NCBI GenBank assembly: GCA_965214075.1
Contig: OZ243936.1
Location: forward strand, 1,929,797-1,993,796
Direction: 5' to 3'
Length of the DNA stretch: 64,000 nucleotides
Source of the DNA: Phototrophicaceae bacterium
GTDB taxonomy: Bacteria; Chloroflexota; Anaerolineae; Aggregatilineales; Phototrophicaceae
Shown here: positions 30,524 through 39,887 of the stretch, in pieces
Position numbering within the stretch: position 1 is the stretch's first letter
Layout of the letters: every line of letters starts with the position of its first letter
Position numbers and translations under genes: made by a program
The notes under the pieces: generated by a model
What the model saw: only the letters and a program-made list of their open reading frames with translations
Told to the model about the DNA's origin: nothing
The model's database searches: none

Positions 30524-31625
30524 GCAAGGGAAACTTAAGCGCGGCAATGCCCGCGCGGGCTTCAGCATCGGCTTGGCGATTCAAATCGCGATATTGCTCA
30601 TCGCAGTGATATTCGCGCTCTTCCCCGTGATCTGGATTGTTTCAGCAGCGCTCAACCCCAGCCAGTCAATGAATTCACAATCCGTCATCCCGCCTTTGCC
30701 CGAAACGCGCGTGGTTCTGGCGGAAGAAACTGGTACATTGCTGGAGATCGCTTCACCAAACGGCAGCCGCGTCGAGCGCAGCGCCGGCACGGTTTTGCTG
30801 GTCGAAGTTGCCGGCGAGCGCGAAGAGCTGCGCGCGCCCAAAAACGGCTACGTGCAAAACATACGCATCGCCGTCGGCGACTCTTACGAGGCGGGCGCGG
30901 CGCTGTACGATATTGGCTCCAGTTACTTGATAAACTTCGACACGCTCTTCAATACCGAAAGAAAACCGTTCACGCGCTGGCTGCTCAATTCGGTCGCCAT
31001 CGCCAGCATCACCTCCTTCCTTGTGGTCATGGTCACGGCTTTAAGCGCCTATTCTTTTTCTCGTTTTCGCTTCAAAGGCCGGAGCAATTTGCTCGTGTTT
31101 ATATTGTTAGTCCAGGTCTTCCCCAATTTATTGGCGATGATTGCTATCTTCCTTATGCTGCAGCAAATTGGCAATCACGTTCCCTTCTTCGGCTTGAACA
31201 CGGCCGGCGGACTGATTCTGGTCTATATCGGCGGCGCGATGGGCATCAATATCTGGCTGATGAAAGGCTTCTTTGATTCCGTGCCGCGCGAAATTGACGA
31301 GTCGGCGCTGGTTGATGGCTGCAACCATTGGCAGACATATTGGCTTTTGATCTTTCCGCTGGTTCGCCCGGTGCTGGTTGTCGTCGGCATTTTGTCATTC
31401 GTTGGCGTCTACAATGAATTTGTGCTGGCGCGCGTGCTTTTGCGAGACAAAGATAGCTGGACCTTGATGGTCGGGCTTTGGGGCTATATCAGCGAAAACT
31501 TCGCCCGCGATTGGGGCGTCTTTGCCGCCGGCGCGATAATCGGCGCGCTTCCCGCCTTGATCATCTATCTGCTGCTGCAGGATCAAATCGTGGGCGGCTT
31601 GACGCAAGGCTCGGTTAAAGGATAA
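30516..31625 (+). CDS. sugar ABC transporter permease, MalG-like with ~70-aa insert in the first periplasmic loop
   Basis: EAA motif ESALVDGCNHWQTYWLLIFPL. It overlaps the upstream gene by 8 nt. The insert (aa 63-133) is described in the findings. Confidence 0.82.
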   Translation: MSKQGKLKRGNARAGFSIGLAIQIAILLIAVIFALFPVIWIVSAALNPSQSMNSQSVIPPLPETRVVLAEETGTLLEIASPNGSRVERSAGTVLLVEVAGEREELRAPKNGYVQNIRIAVGDSYEAGAALYDIGSSYLINFDTLFNTERKPFTRWLLNSVAIASITSFLVVMVTALSAYSFSRFRFKGRSNLLVFILLVQVFPNLLAMIAIFLMLQQIGNHVPFFGLNTAGGLILVYIGGAMGINIWLMKGFFDSVPREIDESALVDGCNHWQTYWLLIFPLVRPVLVVVGILSFVGVYNEFVLARVLLRDKDSWTLMVGLWGYISENFARDWGVFAAGAIIGALPALIIYLLLQDQIVGGLTQGSVKG

Positions 31626-31847
31626 TGCGGCGCAAACTGGGATTCTGACTTTGGCGCGGACCGCGAATTCCTTCATTCGCGCCTAGATTTCTGCCTTGGG
31701 AGTTTTTCCTGCGCATAGAAGAACCATGAGCAATTGCATAGTTCTGGATTATGATGCAATCGCCCTATGATGAACTAACTTCCTTTGCTTTGCTTCTGCG
31801 ACTTTATGCTGGCTGAAAAAATGCTTCGGACGCGAGGTCTTTGAGGC

Positions 31848-32732
31848 GTGAAGACTGAAATGCTGGATATCGTGAATCGCGCGATTGGCAGGGAGCTGCC
31901 TGCGCTCACATACCGCTATACAGAGCGCGATGCGGCGCTGTACGCGCTGGGCATCGGCGCGCCAGCCGACCCCTTGGACCCAGAAGAATTGAAGTTCGTT
32001 TACGAGCGCAGCAGCCGCGGCTTCGCCGTAATCCCGACTTTTGCTGTCATCTACAGCTCGGACTTGATAGCGGATTTCTTGACGGGAAGTTTTGCCGGCA
32101 TCAGATTCAAGCCCATGATGTTGGTGCATGGCGAGCAATATCTGGAATTGCGCCGTCCATTGCCGCTGCGCGCGACAATTCGCACTGCGCTCAAAATCAC
32201 GCGCATCAATGACAAGGGCAGTGGCATGCTGCTTACCATCGAGGGCAAAAGCGTCGATGAAACGGGCATGGACTTGGCATTGTCACGGTCATCGGTATTC
32301 ATTCGCGGCTTGGGCGGCTATGGCGGCGAACGCGGGCGCAGCCCCAAGCTGGAGAGGCCACAGTCCGCGCCCGATATCAAGCATGACGAGCGCACGGCGG
32401 CTAGCCAAGCGCTCTTGTATCGCCTTGTCGGCGACGCCAATCCCCTGCATGCCGATCCACAGATGGCGGCGCGGGGCAATTATGCGCGCCCGATATTGCA
32501 TGGGCTCTGTACCTATGGCTATGCGGCGCGCGCCATTTTGAAGCACTGCTGCGGCAACGAGCCGCGGCGCTTGGCTGCGATTGGGGCGCGTTTTTCTCAA
32601 CATGTTTTCCCGGGCGAAACGCTGCGAACCGAGATCTGGGCGCTTGACAAGCACGAATTGCATTTTCAAACCTGGGCGCTGGAGCGCGAGGCATTGGTCT
32701 TGAGCCAGGGGCGGGCGCGCCTGCAGGAGTAG
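31848..32732 (+). CDS. MaoC-like (R)-specific enoyl-CoA hydratase, double hot-dog
   Basis: An N-terminal hot-dog half plus a C-terminal MaoC motif, YRLVGDANPLHADPQMAARGNYARPILHGL. The start is GTG 31848 or ATG 31860. Confidence 0.72.
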   Translation: MKTEMLDIVNRAIGRELPALTYRYTERDAALYALGIGAPADPLDPEELKFVYERSSRGFAVIPTFAVIYSSDLIADFLTGSFAGIRFKPMMLVHGEQYLELRRPLPLRATIRTALKITRINDKGSGMLLTIEGKSVDETGMDLALSRSSVFIRGLGGYGGERGRSPKLERPQSAPDIKHDERTAASQALLYRLVGDANPLHADPQMAARGNYARPILHGLCTYGYAARAILKHCCGNEPRRLAAIGARFSQHVFPGETLRTEIWALDKHELHFQTWALEREALVLSQGRARLQE

Positions 32733-32735
32733 CAA

Positions 32736-33773
32736 ATGGCTTTAGACAAAAGTGAATATCCTCATCGCCGTTTCAATCCGCTTACTGGCGAATGGGTTCT
32801 GGTTTCCCCGCATCGCACCAGGCGCCCCTGGCAAGGCGGGCAGGCAATCGCGCCAGCCGCCGAGCGGCCCGTCTTTGACCCCGAATGTTACTTGTGCCCG
32901 GGCAACCTACGCGCGAATGGCGCGCGCAATCCCGTCTACAAAGACACCTTTGTCTTTGTGAATGACTTCGCCGCTGTATTGCCGGACGCGCCCGACAATT
33001 ACAGCGGCGGCGCGCCCCTGCTGCAAGCGAAGCCCGTGCAAGGGGAAGCGCGTGTCATCTGTTATTCGCCACGGCACGATTTAACCTTGGCGCGCATGTC
33101 AGCTGCCGAAATCGCCTTGCTTGTAGATTTGTGGGCGCAGCAAACGGCAGACTTGGGGCGTCGCTACCAATGGGTGCAGGTCTTCGAGAATCGTGGCGAA
33201 TTGATGGGCGCGTCCAACCCGCATCCGCACGGGCAAATCTGGGCGACTTCGGAACTTGGCAATATCCCCGCGGCTGAAGATCGCCATCAGCGCGCCTATT
33301 ATGAACGCCATGGCCGCGTCATGCTGCTGGATTATGCCGAGCTGGAAGCCGCTAAGCGCGAACGCCTGGTGCTAGCGAACGAGACTTGGGTGGCGCTGGT
33401 GCCATATTGGGCGATTTGGCCCTACGAGACCCTGCTGCTGCCGCGGGATCATTGCCTGCGCTTGCCCGATTTGGATGCCAAGCAGCGGTGTGATTTGGCG
33501 GGCATCCTCAAGCGCTTGCTTATCCGCTACGACAATCTCTTTGAAGTGTCATTCCCATATTCAATGGGTTGGCATGGCGCGCCATTTGCCGCGGGCGACC
33601 AAAGTCACTGGCAGCTGCACGCCCATTTCTATCCACCACTACTGCGCTCGGCTACGGTCAAAAAGTTTATGGTCGGCTATGAAATGCTGGCGGAAGCGCA
33701 GCGCGATATAACAGCCGAGCAAGCGGCGGCAAAGCTGCGAAAGCTGTCAGACCAGCACTATACGCTGCGCTAG
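32736..33773 (+). CDS. galT: galactose-1-phosphate uridylyltransferase
   Basis: Motifs [25 protein letters not shown] and the active-site HPHGQIWA. Confidence 0.9.
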   Translation: MALDKSEYPHRRFNPLTGEWVLVSPHRTRRPWQGGQAIAPAAERPVFDPECYLCPGNLRANGARNPVYKDTFVFVNDFAAVLPDAPDNYSGGAPLLQAKPVQGEARVICYSPRHDLTLARMSAAEIALLVDLWAQQTADLGRRYQWVQVFENRGELMGASNPHPHGQIWATSELGNIPAAEDRHQRAYYERHGRVMLLDYAELEAAKRERLVLANETWVALVPYWAIWPYETLLLPRDHCLRLPDLDAKQRCDLAGILKRLLIRYDNLFEVSFPYSMGWHGAPFAAGDQSHWQLHAHFYPPLLRSATVKKFMVGYEMLAEAQRDITAEQAAAKLRKLSDQHYTLR

Positions 33774-33776
33774 CCG

Positions 33777-35540
33777 CTATTGATTCCAAATTGGCTGCAT
33801 GATGTCTATCACCAAGGGATGCCCGATGAAATTGCAGCTGCCGGCTTCTGGAATATAGCCATCGCGGATTTGCGGCTGCGGCTGCCCAGGATTGAAGTAA
33901 TTGTAGACGCGGCGGGAGACTTCGGCGATGAGCGGCAGCGATTCCTGGAAGTTCAGCCACTGCGGCTGATGCAGCATCATGGCAATAACATAGTCGCCAC
34001 CGGGTGTGAAGAATAGCGCCGCATTCCCATGCGTATCGGCGATCCAGCCGTGTTTATGCGCCACGCGGGTATCGGCGGGCACACCGGCTTTGAGCAAGGC
34101 GTCGACGGTATTGCCGCTCATCACATGTAACATCTGTCGGCATTCACGTGGATTGATGGCGTCGCCAAATGTCTCGATAAGCGCGCCCGCTTCGCGATAG
34201 GCGCATTGGTAAATGCCGCCCAGCAATGCGCCCGCTTCGGACACGGTCAATTGATTGGACAGGTCCGGCTTGGCTTTGGCTTGGTCGGCGCTCGTTTCTG
34301 GCAGTTTGATGGGTCCGGGCGGCGGCTCTGGCGTGCCAATGGTGGTGAATGGCGCGGTGATGAAGGACCGCGACCAGCCCAATTGCTGCATAAAACTGGT
34401 TACCGCTTCCGCGCCATAATAGCTGTTCCCGCCGCCGAGTGTGCTTAGCAGCCGGTTTGTGGCTACGTTCTCGCTGCAGATCATTGTATTGGCGATGTCT
34501 GTCGCCAGCGTGATTGCCGGCGGTCCTTCTAGTCGGCTGTAGAGCGCTGCCAGAATGGCAATTTTGTTTATGCTGGTGCCACTGAAGGCGATGTTTTCGC
34601 CGAAGCTGAATGACTCGCCGCTTTGCAAATCCAGCACAAACAAGGCGCCGAAGCGACTGGTTTGCGGGTCGAATCCGCTTTCCAATACCAGGTTCCAAAG
34701 TTGATTTGCCAGCGTCCGAAAACCGGCGCTGAGCGCTGCCTGTTCGCCGCTGCCGCTGTTAATCATTGGCGGGGTCGCGCTAAGCGGCGGCAGATTCAGC
34801 AACGTTTGCGAGATGGCAAAGGTGCTGGAGATATCGCCGCTGATGCGCAGCAAATCGCGCGCGATCCAAGCCTGTTGCTTGGGCGCGCTCTCGTATTGAA
34901 TGCGAACCCAAGGGAACTGGGTATGGTAGCCCGTGATTGGGAAGACTTGCCCGGGCCGCGCCACGCCCAGGCGCGGATATTCGATGCCCGGACCGTAGCG
35001 GATGTTCACTTCCCCGATGATTTCGCCGCTGACGTCGAAGCGCGCCGGGCTGGGCGTGGCGCTTGCGACTTGGCTTTGCGCCGGCGCTGGCGGCGGCGAC
35101 GGAGAGAACTGCGTCGTGGCGGTGGCAATGGACCATGAAGTGGGATTTGTAGTGGAACTTGTCGTGGAACTTGTCGTGGAACTTGCAGTGGCTGTTGCCG
35201 GCGCGCTAGACAAGACTAGCTGGGATAGCGCCACCTGATTGAGATTGCCCTTTACGGCGACCAGTGTCTCGTATACCCAGCCAATAGGCTGCCTTGTCCC
35301 GGGCGCGCCTAGCAAGAGCCATGGATAGAACTGGCTGCGCCCCAGCACGGGATAGTCGGTCCCAGCGATTATCTCGCCAATTTGCGCCGAATTGATATTA
35401 TCTTCTGCGCGCAAGTTGGCTTGCCCCAAAGCCTGCGCCGTGACCGCAGCTTGCTGTTGGGCAAAAGCGCCGCTGGCGAGCAGCAGAAAAATCATTAACG
35501 AACAAAGGAATGACTTGCGCATGCGCAGCCTAAGGGTCAT
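33777..35540 (-). CDS. secreted serine hydrolase (class A beta-lactamase-related) with two SH3b-like domains
   Basis: Signal peptide and two SH3b-like segments (NLRAEDNINSAQIGEI...YPVLG; VNIRYGPGIEYPRLGVARPGQVFPITG). The catalytic part has an SxxK motif (SINK) and a KHG triad-like motif. Confidence 0.55.
   Translation of the reverse strand: MTLRLRMRKSFLCSLMIFLLLASGAFAQQQAAVTAQALGQANLRAEDNINSAQIGEIIAGTDYPVLGRSQFYPWLLLGAPGTRQPIGWVYETLVAVKGNLNQVALSQLVLSSAPATATASSTTSSTTSSTTNPTSWSIATATTQFSPSPPPAPAQSQVASATPSPARFDVSGEIIGEVNIRYGPGIEYPRLGVARPGQVFPITGYHTQFPWVRIQYESAPKQQAWIARDLLRISGDISSTFAISQTLLNLPPLSATPPMINSGSGEQAALSAGFRTLANQLWNLVLESGFDPQTSRFGALFVLDLQSGESFSFGENIAFSGTSINKIAILAALYSRLEGPPAITLATDIANTMICSENVATNRLLSTLGGGNSYYGAEAVTSFMQQLGWSRSFITAPFTTIGTPEPPPGPIKLPETSADQAKAKPDLSNQLTVSEAGALLGGIYQCAYREAGALIETFGDAINPRECRQMLHVMSGNTVDALLKAGVPADTRVAHKHGWIADTHGNAALFFTPGGDYVIAMMLHQPQWLNFQESLPLIAEVSRRVYNYFNPGQPQPQIRDGYIPEAGSCNFIGHPLVIDIMQPIWNQ
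35152..35187. repeat. in-frame 12-nt tandem repeat x3 encoding (SSTT)n linker in the serine hydrolase
   Basis: GTGGAACTTGTC x2 plus GTGGAACTTGCA, read directly. Confidence 0.7.
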
Positions 35541-35765
35541 GGTGGACTGAAACGTGGCGCATTATAGCAAAGGCGGGCGGAGGTATAAAGCCGATGTCGT
35601 CCGATTGCCGCGCGCTTTGGCAATCGCCGCAGATATTATCTTCAAGCTGCGCGCCTCACCAAGTTGAATCTGTTGACACTGGCATTTCTAATTTTTTTAT
35701 CGGGTTTATTCTTGCCGATGGGTGCATTTCAATAATCTGAGATGCACCCCACTCCGATTCCCATA

Positions 35766-35793
35766 TTGACATTGCCCGCCGCGCGGGTATACT
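35766..35793 (+). promoter_or_regulatory. candidate promoter TTGACA-N16-TATACT for tRNA-Leu
   Basis: Near-consensus hexamers. The -10 element ends 22 nt before tRNA position +1. Confidence 0.5.
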
Positions 35794-35815
35794 AAACTTG
35801 GTAATTCGTACTTCA

Positions 35816-35899
35816 GCCGAAGTGGCGGAATTGGCAGACGCGCTACGTTCAGGGCGTAGTTCTCTTCGGGGAGTGTGGGTTCGACTCCCACCTTCGGCA
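35816..35899 (+). tRNA. tRNA-Leu (anticodon CAG)
   Basis: Hand-folded 84-nt class II tRNA: acceptor GCCGAAG/CTTCGGC, anticodon stem CTACG/CGTAG with loop TTCAGGG, a long variable arm, and T arm GTGGG-TTCGACT-CCCAC. Confidence 0.92.
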
Positions 35900-35904
35900 C
35901 AAGC

Positions 35905-35936
35905 AAGAACTCGGCCGGCTGGCTGAGTTCTTTTCT
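35905..35936 (+). terminator. intrinsic terminator after tRNA-Leu
   Basis: Stem AAGAACTC/GAGTTCTT followed by TTCT. Confidence 0.7.
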
Positions 35937-36039
35937 ATTACGATGCAACTCCTCCGCCGGTAGGTCGCATGAGCCAATGCATATTTTTCATTCTGTATTA
36001 TCATAGAGAATAATCTGGCAATGATGACAAAATTGCGCG

Positions 36040-36504
36040 ATGGCACAGGCGACGCCTGACACAGTATTGGATAATGAAAGCAGCGAGCGGCGCTATGTGG
36101 GTCGGCGTTTTTCCATCGCGCAGATTCTGATTGCAGTCATCTTGACGCTGGGTTTGCTCTTGTCGCTTAATTTCAGCAGTCGGATACAATTGGACCGCGA
36201 ATTGCAGACAATTCACGCCGAGGTCTTGGCAGAAATTGCCAATCTGGAAATAGAAAAACAGGCTTTAGGCGAAGAGCTGAAATATGTCAAAAGCGACGCT
36301 TATGTCGAGTACTGGGCGCGCGACGACGGCAAGATGATCCGCGAGGGCGAGGTTTTGATCGTTCCCCAAGGCTATCGCGCCAGCGATGTCGAGCCCGCAG
36401 CAGATCTGCAGTTGGTCGAATTCGTCACCACCGAAGCGCAGCCCGATAACTGGGAACTATGGTGGGCGCTGTTTTTTGATGGCGAGCCGCCGCAACTCAA
36501 GTAA
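36040..36504 (+). CDS. septum formation initiator family protein (FtsB/DivIC-like)
   Basis: A single TM helix (IAQILIAVILTLGLLLSL), then a coiled coil (LQTIHAEVLAEIANLEIEKQALGEELKYV), then SDAYVEYWARDDGKMIREGEVLIV, typical of the family. Confidence 0.55.
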   Translation: MAQATPDTVLDNESSERRYVGRRFSIAQILIAVILTLGLLLSLNFSSRIQLDRELQTIHAEVLAEIANLEIEKQALGEELKYVKSDAYVEYWARDDGKMIREGEVLIVPQGYRASDVEPAADLQLVEFVTTEAQPDNWELWWALFFDGEPPQLK

Positions 36505-36550
36505 TGCATCGGCGAATCCACTGACCGCGGAAATCGCGTCAAGCTAAAAA

Positions 36551-36582
36551 TTTTTCAATCGTTTTTCAATCGTTTTTCAATC
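36551..36582. repeat. 11-nt tandem repeat (TTTTTCAATCG x3) in the convergent spacer, overlapping the stop of the ygfZ-like gene
   Basis: Read directly. Confidence 0.7.
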
Positions 36583-37653
36583 AGATTTTCTCTCGGTGAT
36601 GAAGGCAGGCTGGACGCCAGCGTAGCCGCTCACGCGCGCCGATGCGCGCGCGCCGCCGACTTCTAGCGCGGTGCCAGGACGGGCTTGCGCCGTCTTCACG
36701 ACTGCCAAGGCGAAAATCTCACCATCAGGCGCGGCGGCGCTGCTGGTCAGCCTGCCACAGGCTTTGCCATCGGCGAAGACCGCTGCTGGCGCTTCCACAA
36801 GCTGCGACAGTTTTAACTTGACCATTACTTTGGCGAGCCGCTGTCTGCTTTCCATGCGCGCGATGATTTCCTGGCCCGTGTAACAGCCTTTATCGAAGCT
36901 GACCTCGTCCCATAAGCCCACTTCCAGGGGAATGTAATCGGCTGACAATTCCAGTCCCGCGGCTCTGCCATGGCGAATGCGCAGCAAATTATATGTGAGC
37001 GAGCCAGCGGGCAGCAAATCAAATGCGCGTCCTAAATTTAGCGTCCGCTGATATAGGGCCGGCGCGTCCTCTATATTGCAAATGAGGACCCAATGCGATC
37101 CGACGATGGATTTGCGCCGCGCTGCTGTCGCTGGACTTTTACCGAGCGCGATTGCATTTGCGTGGTAATGCGCTGGCGGCGGCATCTCACCGCCGACTTG
37201 AGCTATAATCGCTTCTGCCTTGGGTCCATGCAGCGCGAATTGCGCTGTCTTTGATGATAAGTCTTGTACCGCGGCTTTATCGCCAAAGAAGATGTTGCGC
37301 CGCAAATGCTGGGCGAGCGCTGGTCCTTGCCCTGGTTCGCTTATCATCAGCAAGCCATCGGGCAGGTTGTAAGACATCGCCCGGAACATGATACGCGCGT
37401 TGGCGGTGGTGAATACTGTGGCACGCCCTTCGTATCGGGACATGTCCAATAGTTTATTTGTCGACATGCGATTGACAAGATCGAAGAGGCTGTCCCCTTG
37501 CAGAAGGACGCGCCCCTCGTGCGAACGATCCAGCAGAATCGCGCTATGAAGCGCAGCCTGATATGCTGAAGGCTGATTGCCAAAATGCAAGGGGATGCCA
37601 TCCGCCGCCAGTCGCGCGCCCATGTTCTGATGCAATGCTGCAAGTTCATTCAT
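36577..37653 (-). CDS. folate-binding YgfZ/GcvT-family protein (aminomethyltransferase-like)
   Basis: Signature KGCYTGQEIIARMESR and a GcvT-like N-terminal half. Confidence 0.7.
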   Translation of the reverse strand: MNELAALHQNMGARLAADGIPLHFGNQPSAYQAALHSAILLDRSHEGRVLLQGDSLFDLVNRMSTNKLLDMSRYEGRATVFTTANARIMFRAMSYNLPDGLLMISEPGQGPALAQHLRRNIFFGDKAAVQDLSSKTAQFALHGPKAEAIIAQVGGEMPPPAHYHANAIALGKSPATAARRKSIVGSHWVLICNIEDAPALYQRTLNLGRAFDLLPAGSLTYNLLRIRHGRAAGLELSADYIPLEVGLWDEVSFDKGCYTGQEIIARMESRQRLAKVMVKLKLSQLVEAPAAVFADGKACGRLTSSAAAPDGEIFALAVVKTAQARPGTALEVGGARASARVSGYAGVQPAFITERKSD

Positions 37654-38276
37654 GACGGTGCTCCCGACAGCTCGCGCCGCGCCAGTTCTTTTTCAAGGAT
37701 GGCGCGCGTCGCAGCGATCGCTGCTTCTAGTTTGTCATTGACCACGACATAGTCGCACTCGCTCTGGTAAGGCAGTTCCAATGTTATGGCGCGCTCCAGG
37801 CGCTGCGTGATGTCTGTCGCGCCATCATCGCGCTGGATCATGCGCTGCCGCAATACCTCGCTTTGCTCATCAATTGTCGCGCCCGGCACCGTTACAAAGA
37901 CCTGAACGACATTGCCGGGGTAGGCGCGTGCCAGTTCCCGCGCGCCCAAGACCTCGATATCGGCGATGCGCGCTTCCGCGCGCGCCAAGTAATTCTCAAC
38001 GCTCTGTTTGGGAATGCCATAGAATTTGCTCGGCGTAACCTCTTGGTATTCCAACAATTCGTCTTTGGCAATCATGTTCTGAAATTCTTCCCGGTTGACA
38101 AAGAGATGTTCTCGCCCTTGCTGTTCGCCGGCGCGCATGTCGCGCGTGGTCGCCGTTGCCAACTGCTGGATATGGGCATATTGCGCCATAATCGCTTTCA
38201 TAATGGCGCTTTTGCCGGCACCGCCCGGTCCAATCATCACCAAGATCAAGCCTCGTGGATTCTCACTAGCTTTCAC
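37650..38276 (-). CDS. gmk: guanylate kinase
   Basis: P-loop GPGGAGKS plus TTRDMRAGEQQGREHLFV. Its stop overlaps the downstream ygfZ-like start (ATGA). Confidence 0.88.
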   Translation of the reverse strand: MKASENPRGLILVMIGPGGAGKSAIMKAIMAQYAHIQQLATATTRDMRAGEQQGREHLFVNREEFQNMIAKDELLEYQEVTPSKFYGIPKQSVENYLARAEARIADIEVLGARELARAYPGNVVQVFVTVPGATIDEQSEVLRQRMIQRDDGATDITQRLERAITLELPYQSECDYVVVNDKLEAAIAATRAILEKELARRELSGAPS

Positions 38277-38421
38277 TCTGTGCTATCCTTCTGTGCTATC
38301 CTTAGTTTCAGATGGCGCTTTGCCCAAGTGTAGCAGGCTGTCGGCGCAATCTCCATATTATTTGGAGGCAGATGGATTAATGGCATCAAATTATTTCAAC
38401 ACTGAGGAACCAAGAACTCCT

Positions 38422-38703
38422 AGAATTATCCGAAAATATGCCAATAAAGGACGCAATGTAGGGGCGATTCTGTGGGCTCTGTTGAAAAACACCCCCATCC
38501 CGAAGGTCTATGTCTACGTGGCCCCGGCCCCTCCTCGCCATCTCTATGGCGAGCATCCCCAAAATGAGGGAGGGGGAGCTTTCTGACCCGTAATGAGCTG
38601 TTAAAGCCCCTCCCTCTTTATGGGAAAGTTCGCCATAGAGATGGCGAACGGGTTTGGGGCGGGGGAAATCGAGTATTACAACAGAGTCCTGTGAATCGCC
38701 CAC
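38422..38703. repeat. ~280-nt intergenic element: repeat module copy B (38422..38469) plus a long imperfect palindrome (arms ~38457..38584 and ~38604..38703)
   Basis: The reverse complement of the right arm aligns with the left arm through GGGCGATTC, CTCTGTTG, CGCCATCTCTATGGCGA and GAGGGAGGGG. The left arm carries a ~25-nt extra insert. Confidence 0.7.
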
Positions 38704-38886
38704 GATTTTGCGCCCATTTCATGGGCGGGCATTGGCTCGCCCCAGCAATTCGTCAGTTATGGATTTTGCTGCAATTGCCTTAGGGGTTAGGAGATAGCGC
38801 CAGCGAGCGCAGGGCAAGTTGAATGTCGGATTCTTCGTTTGATAATCAGTTTGACGATGATAGTTTGACGATGAAAGGGAGAGCCT

Positions 38887-39765
38887 ATGTCAGCGCAAAT
38901 CATCGATGGCCGCGCGATTGCCAAGAAGATTCAGGGCGAGATTAAAGCAGGGTCCAGCGATTTCCACGCCCAGACCGGTGCCGCGCCCGGGCTGGGCGTG
39001 GTGCTTGTTGGCGACGATGCCGCCTCGGCCATGTATGTGCGCATGAAGCGGCGGGCATGCGAGCGAGTCGGCATCGCGTCCGAGGCGCGCCTGCTGCCCA
39101 GTTCGGCGTCGCAGCATGAAGTTGAAGAAGCTGTGCGCGGCTTCAATGACGACCCCAGTATTCACGGCATATTGCTGCAGCTGCCTTTGCCGCATCACCT
39201 CAACGAAGAAGCGGCGCTGAACGAAATCAGCCTGGGCAAAGATGTCGACGGCATCCATCCCATGAACCTAGGCAAATTGGGCATGCGCGGCCGCGAACCC
39301 AGCTTTACGCCAGCCACGCCAACCGGGGCGATGATTCTGATTGAAGCATCCGGCAAACCGATCGCGGGCGCACAAGCGGTCGTCGTCGGGCGCAGCAACA
39401 TCGTCGGCTTGCCGGTAGCGCTCATGCTCGCCAATGCCAACGCCACCGTGACCATCTGCCATAGTCGAACGCAAGATATTGCCAGTCATGTCGCCAGAGC
39501 CGATATCGTGGTCGCGGCTGTTGGCAAGCCCGAATTTGTCAAGGGTTCTTGGCTGAAGCCGGGCGCGGTCGTGATTGATGTTGGCTCCAACTCGGTTGCC
39601 GACCCCACAAGCGAGAAGGGCTATCGCTATGTTGGTGATGTAGAATATGCTGTGGCGCGGGAACGAGCTGGATATATCACCAAGGTGCCGGGCGGCGTCG
39701 GCCCGATGACCATCACCATGCTGCTTCAGAATACGCTCAAGGCGGCTTGGCGCGCTCGCAGATAA
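38887..39765 (+). CDS. folD: bifunctional methylenetetrahydrofolate dehydrogenase / methenyl-THF cyclohydrolase
   Basis: MSAQIIDGRAIAKKI..., YVRMKRRACE, VVGRSNIVGLPVALML and PGGVGPMTITMLL. Confidence 0.9.
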   Translation: MSAQIIDGRAIAKKIQGEIKAGSSDFHAQTGAAPGLGVVLVGDDAASAMYVRMKRRACERVGIASEARLLPSSASQHEVEEAVRGFNDDPSIHGILLQLPLPHHLNEEAALNEISLGKDVDGIHPMNLGKLGMRGREPSFTPATPTGAMILIEASGKPIAGAQAVVVGRSNIVGLPVALMLANANATVTICHSRTQDIASHVARADIVVAAVGKPEFVKGSWLKPGAVVIDVGSNSVADPTSEKGYRYVGDVEYAVARERAGYITKVPGGVGPMTITMLLQNTLKAAWRARR

Positions 39766-39887
39766 TATCAAGCCTTCTCGTCGCATGAGCGGAGCGTAAA
39801 AAAAATAGAACTGTAAAATCGCTTCGGATGACAGGCCTGTCAGGCGCAAAATTATATGCAAATCATCGGGATTGATTCGGAGAAACA

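Noticed and set aside
38704-38886. ZTP (pfl) or THF riboswitch upstream of folD; also a purine riboswitch upstream of 39888, 41296 and 43082.
   Set aside because: There is no GGGTCGTGAC...CCGCCTGGGC-type ZTP signature and no purine-aptamer three-way-junction motifs (TATAAT...GGATATGG...CCGTAAAT-like). Only a simple hairpin (CGCCCAT-TTC-ATGGGCG) and direct repeats are present.
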